Assembly (NCBI RefSeq): GCF_021028975.2
Contig: NC_059439.1
Span: 34,348,001-34,411,878 of the forward strand
Source of the DNA: Sphaerodactylus townsendi
Taxonomy: Eukaryota
Reading direction: 5' to 3'
Length of the DNA stretch: 63,878 nt
Part shown: in pieces, positions 34,001 to 45,346 of the stretch
Numbering within the stretch: the stretch's first letter is position 1
Layout: every line of letters begins with the position of its first letter
Notes under the pieces: model-generated
Told to the model about the DNA's origin: nothing
The model's database searches: none
What the model saw: the letters and a program-made list of their open reading frames with translations, nothing else
Position numbers and translations under genes: made by a program

Positions 34001-36626
34001 TCCACTTGAAATACAACAGAAGGTTATCGTCTCGAATAAAAAACTACAAAAGTTTCAATTCTCCATTGCACTAGAAATGTTCTGTTGAAGTTGTACTGCC
34101 ATGCCATGCCAACCCATTCTAACTGCAATTACACCAAGAATATATACATTTGGAAAAGCATATGAAACTGTGTGGGTTTAATATGTATCTTTCATTTGGG
34201 CCAGGTGCAGCCCCTTTCTGTTTGCAATGAATACTGTCGTTCTGGTTACAGCAAGAGAAAGATCGAAGGCAGACCTTTTTGCTGTTATGATTGTCTTCCG
34301 TGTCCATCAGGAAAGATTTCAAGTGAGAAGGGTAAGAGATTCAAGTATCAGATATGTACATTCAGAGGTGGGATCCAGCAGGTTCTCACCAGTTCTCGAG
34401 AGTGGGTTACTAATTATTTGTGTGTGCCGAGAGGGGGTTACTAATTGGGTCTGCTTTTCTGTTAGAAATTCCATTAGGTCCAAAAATCATAAAGTCCTGT
34501 TGTTTCCTATGTGGCTGGTTAGCGAAGGTAGAAAACGGGATAATTCTCCCTGTTGGGCTGTTTTAAAAACATGTTTTAGAAATATGGTCAAGTTCCTTGT
34601 TTAAGGAAAGTATCCTTCTTTTGTTTTCTAGAAACAAAATTAAGTAATTGAAAGTATTAAGTATTTGACAGGCAGTCAATTAGAGGAGAAGTAGTTGTGT
34701 CTGTTGGCAGTAGACGATAGGACTTGCTATAATGAGTTTAAATTATGGACAGAAAGATACCAGCTGGAAATTAGGAACTTTTTTTTTACAGTAAGAGTTT
34801 TTTACAGTAACAGAGAAATTATTAATGCCCCACCCCCAGAATGCCCAGCCACGCCCCCGTCGTGCCCTGCCCAGCCCCATTGGCGCTACGCCACTGTTTG
34901 AATCCCACCACCATGGGAACCTGTTACTAAAATTTTTGGATCCCACCACTGTGTACATTGTATGTCAGTATGTACAACGGCATATAGGCACTTGAAACAA
35001 TCCAAAGCATGTCTATCCGGAAGCAAATTCCACTCTTTCTGAAATGAAATGGTGAGAATGGTCCTGTAGACATGAATTTAATATTTTGCACAACCCAGGA
35101 GTTAATCTTCCAGAAGGTAACCTGTCTACGTAAATTTAGTGAGACCGAAGTGGGCCACAGAAGGTCTCTTCAGTGGCTTTAGTTCAACTGACAAAGTACA
35201 TGGGACCCGAAAGAATATATTTGTTTAGTCTCTGCTTTATCAAAGGTATTCTTCTTGATTCCATGGTGTTTATTGGAAAAGGAAACAATATTTGATATGC
35301 ATAGATATGCAAGTGCTCTTACAGATCGTGGTCAGTTGACTGAGACAAAAAGAAGCAAGAAAGGCATAGGCACACATGCTGGGGGCACCAATCCAGTTTG
35401 GTACAATCTCCAAAACTCTGGGGTGCTTTGCAGGTGCCACTGAGCCTAATCTTGTCCTCGTATTATTAAAGACAAAGTGAGAAAGCTTAGTGGTTAAGAG
35501 CAGGTGCACTGTAATCTGGAGAACCGGGTTTGATTCCCCACTCTGCCACTTGAGCTGTAAAGGCTTCTCTGGTGAACCAGATTAGCCTGTGCACTCCCAC
35601 ACACGCCAGCTGGGTGACCTTGAGCTAGTCACAGATCTTCAATTGAGCAGCACTTCAATTGAGCAGCATTTCTTGAATACTTGGTCATATTAGTATCAGC
35701 TTGCCATTGCATTTTCATTTCCAGACATGAATGAATGTTTTGAGTGTCCTGAAGGTCAGTATCCAAACAAAGGCCAGAATTCATGTCTACCGAAAGAGAT
35801 CAGCTTTTTATCTTATGGAGAACCTTGGGGGATCAGCCTGGCCGCTATCGCTCTTTCCTTCTCTTTCATCACAGCTGTGGTGCTCGGGATCTTTATTAAG
35901 CACCGGGAAACTCCCATAGTCAAAGCCAACAACCGGGACCTCACCTACACTCTCCTCATCTCCCTCCTCTTGTCTTTCCTTTGTGCTTTGCTTTTCATTG
36001 GGCAGCCTGAGAAGTGGACCTGTCTCCTTCGACAAACGGCTTTCGGCATCATCTTCTCAGTGGCTGTTTCTTGTGTATTAGCCAAAACAGTCATTGTGGT
36101 TCTGGCTTTCATGGCCACAAAGCCAGGATCCAGAATGAGGAGATGGCTGGGGGAAAAGTTGTCCAGTTCCATTGTCCTTGCATGTTCCCTTTTCCAAGCT
36201 ACTATATGTACCGTGTGGTTAGCAACATGTCCCCCCTTCCCTGGTTTTGACATGCACTCAATGACGGAGACAATTGTGCAGGAATGTAAGGAGGGCTCAG
36301 TCACCATGTTTTACTTTCTCCTGAGCTTTCTTGGCTTCCTGGCCCTTATCAGCTTCACTGTGGCTTTCTTAGCCAGGAAGTTACCAGACAGTTTCAACGA
36401 AGCCAAGTTCATCACCTTCAGCATGTTGGTCTTTTGTAGTGTGTGGGTCTCCTTTGTTCCAACCTACTTGAGCACCAAGGGGAAATCCATGGTGGCTGTG
36501 GAGATCTTCTCCATCTTAACCTCCAGTGCTGGATTACTGACCTGCATCTTCTTCCCAAAATGCTACATCATTATAGTAAGACCTGAGATGAACAAAAGAG
36601 GACAGTTGATAAAAACAAAGACTTAG
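27802..36626 (+). CDS. V2R gene D, complete (894 aa)
   Basis: Exons 27802-28076, 29012-29303, 29671-30531, 31729-31956, 34205-34331, 35725-36626. Same sizes and phases as gene B, GT-AG throughout, no stops. Confidence 0.93.
28520..28820. mobile_element. Penelope-like element remnant (inverted pseudo-LTRs) in gene D intron 1
   Basis: About 120-bp inverted arms, flanked by an AATATTCTTCAT duplication; absent in genes A and B. Confidence 0.8.
28700..28740 (+). ncRNA. Minimal type I hammerhead ribozyme-like motif
   Basis: CCT-CTGAAGA-(stem II)-GAAA-C-GTT-AGG inside the Penelope repeat. Confidence 0.55.
29012..29303 (+). CDS. V2R gene D exon 2
   Basis: 292 bp [10 protein letters not shown]...YKIPQ. 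Confidence 0.93.
29671..30531 (+). CDS. V2R gene D exon 3
   Basis: 861 bp ISYGSAP...EGWQ. Confidence 0.94.
31062..31367 (+). pseudogene. Degenerate V2R exon-3 fragment in gene D intron 3
   Basis: [12 protein letters not shown] [MITE] CTFSNST...[18 protein letters not shown]. Confidence 0.8.
31101..31241. mobile_element. 141-bp family MITE
   Basis: Interrupts the exon-3 fragment. Confidence 0.85.
31729..31956 (+). CDS. V2R gene D exon 4
   Basis: 228 bp [10 protein letters not shown]...MFNQ. Confidence 0.93.
31981..32136. mobile_element. Palindromic hAT MITE
   Basis: TSD TTCTAGGA; internal duplication. Confidence 0.88.
32287..32429. mobile_element. 141-bp family MITE
   Basis: TTT TSD; single TTT at the empty site in gene B. 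Confidence 0.88.
32912..33052. mobile_element. 141-bp family MITE
   Basis: TTT TSD; empty site in gene B near 7120. Confidence 0.88.
33099..34021 (-). pseudogene. Inverted partial V2R exon-3 copy inside gene D intron 4
   Basis: [10 protein letters not shown]...[15 protein letters not shown] on the minus strand, split by an insertion at 33425-33693. Absent from the homologous intron of gene B. Confidence 0.92.
33425..33693. mobile_element. GC-rich Harbinger-like MITE
   Basis: TIR ggccgtttccccactt / aagtggggaaaggccc; splits the inverted exon copy. Confidence 0.78.
34205..34331 (+). CDS. V2R gene D exon 5
   Basis: 127 bp cysteine-rich exon. Confidence 0.93.
34363..34951. mobile_element. Non-autonomous hAT element (589 bp)
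   Basis: Same family; perfect 8-bp TSD TGTACATT. Confidence 0.9.
35725..36626 (+). CDS. V2R gene D exon 6 (7TM)
   Basis: 299-aa 7TM ORF. Confidence 0.95.
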
Positions 36627-36751
36627 ATTGTATTATACAAACACCGGGATACATTGTATTATATTCAACTGTGCTGGGACTGGTGGGCCTATGTCTTCTT
36701 CTGGGCCGATTGTTTCTTCATTACAATGTGTACTTTGTGTGAGCTGTGCAT

Positions 36752-37498
36752 TTGCTGCTTGAGGGAAGTAACTAAAAGCCCTCCTAGCCATTCCAGGAAT
36801 AAATGAGAGTACAACATGCTTTTGTGCGGAGAAAAGTTGGCCATAGCCATTTTATTAACAAAAATTGGTTCAAGGTAAACAAAGCGTAAGGCGCAGCATG
36901 GGGGTCTGAGCTGTGTACTGGGCAGCCCGAGTGCTGTCCCCCAGACACCTACATTTTTCTACAGCACGCCTGCTGATGAAAAATTATCACACGCCGGAGC
37001 AGCTGTGAGATTCCAGATGGGCAGTTGCCACTTCCTGAAGACTCTTTGCTGCCAGGGGTGCAAGCCATAGAAGCCCATGTCTGGGCAGGTTACCCCTTGG
37101 CTTGCTCCACCCCAAACCTCATAAGGAGGTTCCAATAAAGCGGGTATTTCACCCGCTGAGCCCAAGCTAAAGCTCAGTCCCCCATGCACAATCCGCCAAC
37201 CCTCTAACAAAACAGGCCTGCATTAACATAAGGCCAAAACAGGGAGAGGTGGGCGGGAAACAAGTGTGCTCAGGCAAAATGGGGGAGGTTGCAGACCAGG
37301 CCTGGTCTTATGTAGACTGCCTAGGCCCACCTCCCCACTGACGTCAGGGCACCCAGCGTCACTGCTCGGCACCCTTAAACCCAAAAACTCATGAGCACTT
37401 GGGAGCTCGCGAGGTCACGGGGGAAGGCAGCAGCCACGAAGGAGGCTGTCCCTTCCGCAACAGCAATGGCGGCCGTGGTCAGTCGCGGCCGCTCTTTT
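36752..37498 (-). mobile_element. About 0.75-kb solo repeat, same family as 1322-2129
   Basis: Insertion relative to the gene C 3' flank (gcatttcatctggg). Confidence 0.6.
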
Positions 37499-37810
37499 AG
37501 TCTGGGAATGAGCGAGCACATTCATAGCTGGGTTTCCTGAACTGGTCAATTGTCCATTCAGTTTGGGTTTAAAGTGTCCACAATCTTCTTGAAAATCCTT
37601 GTTTGGCCATTTCTTAAATGTTAACTAACTTTGAATAGGAGGAGCAAGGAATACTTCTTGCTTGTGTCTGTAATGTTGGCTGTTTCTGGATTTTTAATGA
37701 GTGTAATGGTACCAGATGTTCAGATTGTATCAATGGTTGTATAATAAATTATTAGAACCCCTTGGAAATAAATGCATTTGTCAGTCCAAAACAGATTTCA
37801 AATTGCTTTC

Positions 37811-38136
37811 TGTAAAGGATTCAATGGTGTTGATGATCGGGACAGCCGCCTGGCCTTGACTGCATTCCATAACCCGGGCGATGGGCCAGCATCTGCGGCG
37901 GAGACTCTGGCGGAGACCTTATCTCTGCGAGAGAGTTGAGAACTCCGTTCCCATGGGAATCCGGGAGGGGGGATGGGATGGACAGAGTTATAACCTGTGC
38001 TTCTGGCGGGAGACTTTATTCCTGCCGCCCACGTGCGTTAATGTACGTGAGGCTTTTCTAGGATGTCTGTGAATAACTTCGGTCTTTTTACACCAAAATA
38101 GCACTTTTATTTCTGCTTCTATGGGAATTCCTTACA
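37811..38136 (+). repeat. 5' LTR
   Basis: Direct repeat of 44138-44444. Confidence 0.95.
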
Positions 38137-41100
38137 TTGCTGGCAGGAATCCTAGTTACATCCCTATCTTCCCAGTGCGAAAGCGGACCCTCTGGTGTTT
38201 TACGGCATGGAGAGGAGTTGAATATTCCTACCAATCTGCAATGGAACGGAAGATGCGGTAGCCCCAAAGAGAGGCTCCGAAGCTTTCCCTTCTGGATTTG
38301 GAGGAACCGGCGGGAGAACGGGTCTCGCTGGTAACTCTTTCCCGATCCTCGTATCTGTACCACGGAGTCTTCCCTTACTCTGTTGGGGCCGAGGGCGAAG
38401 AGACGATCATATGGACTTGCGCATGAGTGCGTTTGGGCGCTGTCTATAGGATCGAGCGCCTGTGGATCGGATATCTGCCCGTTTCCGTGTAGTTACAAAC
38501 CTCAGATGCAACCTGTAACGGAGGAGACGGGCCTGACCACCTTTCATGCGGCAACACCAGGAGGTCCATTGAGCGATTCCTGGACTAAATATTTTGGTGA
38601 TGCTCCCAAGAATCCCACGCAATGGCATAGCACTGGGGCCCGTCCTAAGACCACCCGTTAGAAACCGGGACTATATCGGGGATTGGGAGAGGTATCCGTT
38701 ACCAGCTTCTGATCGGACCCCAGATCCCGGATCAGCAGCTGCACCTGAGGCACCCCGTGGAGACGCCTAGCGGTGGAACCACGAGGTGCTGCATTTTGAT
38801 GAAGAGGAATCCGAGAGAAAGCCTGCCTTCCCATCGGCGGATCTATTCCCCTCCCGTCAAAAGGCTGGGATGAGGAAGTGGGCCAACTCACGAGATGCCC
38901 AGGAAGCATGGAGCCCGTGAGCGCCAGCTATGGGAAGAGGAGCGGGAGCAGCTGCGACAAACAAGCGTGAAAACCTGCAAAAGACCACGGGAACAGCGAA
39001 GCGCCAAAGAAATCCAACTTCGAATTGGACCCGTGCCAAAGGCTTGGCTGCAACGGCAATATATGCAGAGATCTATCAGTCCATGATAAGGTCCTGGAAC
39101 ACTCCAAACTGGACTTAGGAAGAAACGTCAGCGGCGAAAGCGTTAAGAGCCATCGCGTCGCATAAAGTGAACTAACTGCAGCTATTCCAGCGGGGCGAAC
39201 TGGCCAAACTGGAGCGAGAGAAAGCAGCTTTGCATCGCATACCAGGATACGCCATTGACTCTTAAGGAAAGGAGACTTAGCAGCCTTGGAAAAGGAGCTG
39301 AAGAAGCGGCAGGACAAAGATGCCCCAAAGTTGGAGTCTCACGGCTGTCACTGGCTTTAACAGCCAACAGCGCCAGAGAGGCGACGTTGCTGGGACCTGC
39401 TACTTGCGTATCTGCCACCTTCAAGACCTGCTCCCCAGGGCAGCCAGCGGCGCTGGCGTTGGTGCCCCACACCTCCACCGATTCCGGCCCTCCCTGCGCC
39501 GCTGCCTCAACCTCGCGCTTACGCGCCGCTAGCGGTAGCCAAAGGGGAGCGATGGAGAGAGGATATTACAGACCTCAATACCTGCCCGTTTACGATGGGA
39601 CGCTTCCAAACTCCCCTACTTCATCCTACAACTCGATGCCCACTTATGGAGGGGACTATATTGGCGATTTGTACCCGGTCTGAGCAGCGAAAAAAATCAC
39701 GGGACATCGGTTCCGTCTTAGATGGAAAAGCGGCAGCCGACTGGTTCGTGACTCTTTTGATCTGCAAAGGGGAGGATACTCGCATGGTGCCTCGCGTTCC
39801 TCCAAGCCTTAAAGGGCTTTCGCTTCAAAGATCCAGAAGGTGCTTTGAAAAATGAAGCCATCTGCACCATCAAATCTATTCAACAAGGCAACGGCTCCTT
39901 TGCGAATTGCCCGTAATGAATTTACGTCGCTTGGCGGCTGCTTCGACTCCCTCCTGAGTGGCCTGAGCACATGGAAATGTGAGATACTTCACCGGATGCC
40001 GTCGGCGGCAATGACTGCGTGAAAGCGGTGTTCCTTATTCGGATCCCCGCACTATTGCTGGAATTGGATCGAATTAGGATCTCGAAGTGGCGTCGTCGTT
40101 TGGATTACGCTCGTGCCAGGGGGCATACGCCCAAAACCACGCTACGACAGCACGCTTCGACTCACAAGCCAGAAGCCCAGCAGCCTCTGCGAAACCACCT
40201 CCGGCGTCGTCGCCGTCTGGGATTAATGTCTTTACTCGCGGAGGACCGGGTCATCCTAGCTGCCAACTGCCGAAAAAACAGAAGCCAACCGCTCCGGCCG
40301 CGCGCATCCCCATCTGCCAAGCCACCACGCAAATCCGGGCCGCCCCCCAACTGGTTCGTCTAAGGCGGTAACGAAAGCGACCCAGAAGAGGGAACGCAGC
40401 TGTTTTGACTCTCTTCAGCCCCCATGGATATGGGTTACGACTCCAGATCACGATTACGGTAGAAGGCGAAGCGCTCCCCATTCACGATTCAAGCGTTTCT
40501 GGCCAACCCCGCTAAAGCACACTTTCGTATTATAGCCTCCCAGCCCTTGCTTGTAAGATTCTGGGTGCTCCCCATTGTTTAATCTTTTGGTAGCCCCATT
40601 TGGGTGGCCGGAGGAACTTGGAACTAGAACCGAATCCCCTGGCTAAGCCCATACCCGTTCACCCAAATGGGCGGCAGCCCTCTCAGGGCGAAGGACCGGC
40701 CCAGTTCAAAGCGCATGCCGGTCCTCCTCAGCTGCGCTGACCATTTAGGGAGAAAATTAGATTTTATTCTGGCTGCCCGGTAATGAAACCTCCATAGTCT
40801 TGGGCATGCCACCATAGGTTGTTGTTGCATGAACCAAAATTCATTTGGGGAAAGAAGCCTCCGGATCTTAGAGATTCCACTGAGAGGCCACTCCCTGCAA
40901 GGAGAACACATGAATTAGGGAAAACTCACCTCCTAATGACATACCCTGAGAAGCTCCAGGTCAGCGGTGCACGCATCCAATTGCTCCGAGAGCTACCGGC
41001 ATTCCACCCCGGCTTCACCAAAGATTTAGCCAAGGGGTATTTCAGGAACAAGAATGCAATCAATTGCCACCCCATAGGAACACTGAGCTGCAAAATCATT

Positions 41101-44100
41101 ATTACAGCCATGGGGCTCAACTGCCCAAGGGATAGAATCTACGCATGAGTCCCCAATGAGGGAGAAGGAACTTACGTTGCCTTCTTAGACAAGAACCTTA
41201 TGCTTTCGTGGGTTCATGCGTGAGCTACCAAATACACACATGCTGCTCCTGTATTATTTGTTAAAAAAAAAGGAGGCCGGGTCTTTAAGGCTCTGCATGT
41301 GGATTACCGAGGACTCAATCGCGGTTTCCCTGTCAATAAATACCCTTTGCCATTAATCAAAAAGGACCTTTTGGATGCATTGGGCAAGGGACGAATTTTT
41401 TACTAAGTTGGACTTAAAGAGAAGCTTATTACAGGGTCAGGATTCGCGAGGAAGGCTATGAACATTTGACTGCATTTAACACAAAATTTGGACAAGTATG
41501 AATACTTAATAATGCCATTAGGGTTAGAAGTGGGGCCCCGGAGCTTTTATATGGCCCATATCAACGAAGTTCTACATGATTTATTATACCAAAGGGAGTA
41601 GTGGTAATAGCTTAGATGATGTTTTAATTTATTCACAAACCATGGAAGAGCATAGAAGCCTTGGTTGGGAAGTATTGATAAGCGGCTTGCTCAACAACTC
41701 CCTCTTTGCCAAACTTTCTAAATGTTGTTTCCACCAAACCTCTACTCGACTATTTTGGGTTGCGGATCTCTTCAAAGGGGCTAAAATGGATCCTGCTAAG
41801 ATTGAAGCTTAGTCCTCCAATGGCCTGCCCCTACCAATCGGAAGGAACTCCAATCTTTCCTAGGGTTTGCTAATTTCTATCGTGACTTTATACCCCAATT
41901 CGGCTGAACTGACTCTCCCCACTCACAGACCTCTTGCAGCACTAAGGGTAAAAGATCCACACAGGCTGCCAAGCCCGGGGCCCCCCTTTCCTGGTCTAAA
42001 GAATGTCAGACAGCCTTTCAACTTTTAAAATCAGCTTTTACTACCGGAACCTATCCTAAAACACCCTGACCCAGATCTTCCGTTTGTGGTTCAGCGTGGA
42101 TGCCTCGGACAAAGCTTGGTGCAGCCTATTTGCAGAGAAATAAAGATGATAGGCTGGTTCCGTGTGCTTATTTATCAAAGAAATTCTCGGTGCTGAGCTC
42201 AACTGGACTAGTAGGGATGCAAAGAGACTTCGCGGCCATCAAAGTAGCACTCCTTCCACTTGGCTGTATGCACTGGCTGGAGGGCTCGCTATACACCCCT
42301 TTCAAGTTTGAGTGGGATCACAAGAACTTGGCAGCGCCCTTTTCCACCCTCAAGATGTCCATAAAACAACTCCGTTGGGCCGATTTCTTTTTCTCGTTTC
42401 GTCTTTCACTGTCCATTTTTTCCCGGGAAAAAACCAATAAACTGGCTGCACAATGCGGCTCTGCAGCCTGCCCGGGGAGGGTGGAGCTGCCTTACGGGAT
42501 ATCCCGCGCACTGTTCTCTCCCCTCCCAATTTGGGGCTGTGGCTGTCACTTTCGATCTCAGGCGTCCTCCTCCTTCTCCACCCATTTCCCAGCCACTGGT
42601 CTCTCGCTTTCCTCACGAGAACTTCGAGGAGGCGGGGCTGCTTATGAGCCATGGCAGCCGGAGGAGAAGGTGACTCCCAATTAAGCCTGGAGAATGGTGT
42701 TGTTGGCTTATGAGAGGATTGTTGAGTACGATGCCTCCCCTCCGTAAGCAGGTTCACCGAGGCCTGTCCTTGATGCCATTTCGGCTGGACATTTTTTGAA
42801 AGCTTCAGAAAAACTCTGCATTTGGCCCGCCGTCAATTTTGGTGGCCAGCTTAGCGATCATAAAGAGACATTGAGACATATGTCAAAAGGTTGCTCTGTT
42901 TGTGCGGAAGCCAAATCCGTTCAGGGAAAACCCCATGGTCTGTTGAAGCCTCTTCCGGTGGCCTCCCGCCCCTGGGAGGTCATCTCCATGGATTTTATTA
43001 CGGATTTGCCAGGAAAGTCAGGCTTAACCGCGGTCTTGTGGGTGGTGGTGGACTTATTTTCTAAACTAGCCGGTATTTCATCCCATGATAGCTTCCATCC
43101 CCTCCGCTCCTAAGTTAGTAGCGTCTGTTCATTTCAGCATATTATTGCTCGTCTACACTCCGCCCCCGTTAAAGGTGGTCTCGACGCGCTTGGAGCCCCA
43201 ATGAATTCATTTCAAAGAGTTCTGAAACTTTTCACTGGGCTTGTTGAGGGGCCGCCCGGCGAATTGCAGCCCCTACCGCGTTCAAAGTGACCGGGTGGAG
43301 CCGAGGAGAGAGCAAGACAAGAACCCTGGAGCGAAGTATTTACGTTGTTACACCAACTATCACGCAAGACAATTGAAGTGCGAGTTAATTCCGTTTGCAG
43401 AATACGCCTATAATAATCGCGGTTCATATGAGTACAAAAAAAACCCCGCTTCGAAATTGTGTCACAATGAATTGATCCAGCTTCCCTCCGTTGCGCAACT
43501 ACCTGCGGAAGGCGTTGAATCCTCCGGAGTTCCAACAGTGGATTTCATCTGGCCGAGGGGTGGAAAGCGGTCCAGACCGCCTTACAGCAGAGCTAAAGAC
43601 TCCCAAAAACTTCAAGCCCGGATAAGCACATACACGGATTTCCCGCTTCGTGTAGCAGGCCTGGGTGTATATTGTCTACCAAAAATCTCCAGAGATGTGC
43701 ATAAATTTTCCAAAAGAACTGGGCAAAAGATTCGTGGGACCTTTTACAAGATTACTAAAGTGATTAATGATGTCACTGCCGATTGGACTTTGCCTGAATT
43801 CTCTAAGTAATAGCCATCCTGTCTTCCATTCCAGTTTGCCCAAGGAGGCCCCCGTTCCCGATGCCTGGCACGACCGGCCGGAGAGACCCCCGCCCGGAAG
43901 GCTATAATTGATGGCCTTTAAGCATTCACCGAAATTGGCGCCATCCCTGGACTCTACGTTTTTTAATGCAAAGCGGCTTGCAATGGCTTTAGTCTCTTGG
44001 AATTTGGGATATTCCTCTGGGTATAATCAATGGGTTTATTCCGAGAAATATTGGCGCCCCTGCCCTCATTTCTGCTTTCCATCGCACCTTTCCGCACAAA

Positions 44101-44137
44101 CCTGGGGGGGGAGAAGTCTTTCTTAAGGGAGGCAGAG

Positions 44138-44444
44138 TGTAAAGGATTCAATGGTGTTGATGATCGGGACAGCCGCCTGGCCTTGACTGCATTCCATAAC
44201 CCGGGCGATGGGCCAGCATCTGCGGCGGAGACTCTGGCGGAGACCTTATCTCTGCGAGAGAGTTGAGAACTCCGTTCCCATGGGAATCTGGGAGGGGGGA
44301 TGGGATGGACAGAGTTATAACCTGTGCTTCTGGCGGGAGACTTTATTCCTGCCACGTCGTGTACATGAGCTTTCTAGGATGTCTGAATAAACGGTCTTTT
44401 ACACCAAAAAGCCTTTTATTTCTGCTTCTATGGAATTCCTTACA
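44138..44444 (+). repeat. 3' LTR
   Basis: Direct repeat of 37811-38136. Confidence 0.95.
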
Positions 44445-45205
44445 CTTTCCTTTGAACTTGGCATTTTCAGATGCACCATGAAACTTTGTATTTCTGGAGC
44501 TATTTTGGAGTATTCTTCCTTATTTTGAATTTATTATCCTGAAAAAATAATTGGACCATTTTAACTGGAATCATAACAAAAGAATGTTCCATCAGTAGGT
44601 CAGCAAAAAAGAAATAACACTCCTATTTAATCCCCATACAGTGAACAGCCGGAGTTAAGAGCTTGAGGATTACTTGATTCATCTGTTAAAGTTTCATTCT
44701 CAAACTTATATTTGAGAATCTCCCATCCAGATCTCTGCCTATTTTCACCTTGAGATATCCTCAGAACGGACTGCCAGGGACCTGGATAAAAAAAAATTCA
44801 GGTGAATATCTAGCCTGATATCAAAAATCCAGGGGAATTGCAAATGGTGAGGAATTCTTTGGACTCACAAAATGGGAATAGCACNNNNNNNNNNNNNNNN
44901 NNNNNNNNNNNNNNNNNNNNNNNNNNNNNNNNNNNNNNNNNNNNNNNNNNNNNNNNNNNNNNNNNNNNNTTGCATTTCTAATCCGGGTTACTGCTGATTT
45001 AACATTCATTGTTCATCATTTTGTGACAGTGACATCGGTCATGTGGTTTGTAAACTGTTGCTGCTGCCAATTAAAATTAGCCTGATGTTCTTTTGTATAT
45101 TTTGATTGTAGGGCTACATTTTATTGAATTTGCTCTCTGATACTGTGGGTTGTTGTGAGGGTATCTTAAAAGGATAGGAAAAACTGTTACATATAAAATG
45201 TCTTC

Positions 45206-45346
45206 GGCTCATTTCACACATGCAGAATAATGCACTTTCAAACTGCTTTCAGTGCTCTTTGAAGCTGTGCGGAATGGCAAAATCCACTTGCAAACAGTTG
45301 TGAAAGTGGTTTGAAAACGCATTATTTTGCCTGTGCGGAAGGGGCC
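45206..45346. mobile_element. 141-bp family MITE
   Basis: Absent in gene F intron 1. Confidence 0.85.

Larger units (their letters stand above)
37811..44444 (+). mobile_element. Full-length Ty3/Gypsy LTR retrotransposon (sushi/Tf1-like chromovirus)
   Basis: LTRs 37811-38136 and 44138-44444 (TGT...ACA), 5-bp TSD CTTTC, purine tract before the 3' LTR. Broken gag (LDGKAADW), RT (DYRGLN, YPLPLI, LDD), RNase H, integrase (PWEVISMDFITDLP) and chromodomain-like tail. Confidence 0.95.

Noticed and set aside
39500-44100. Domesticated PEG10/RTL1-like gene
   Set aside because: Has two LTRs, a TSD and empty paralogous sites, so it is a recent insertion.
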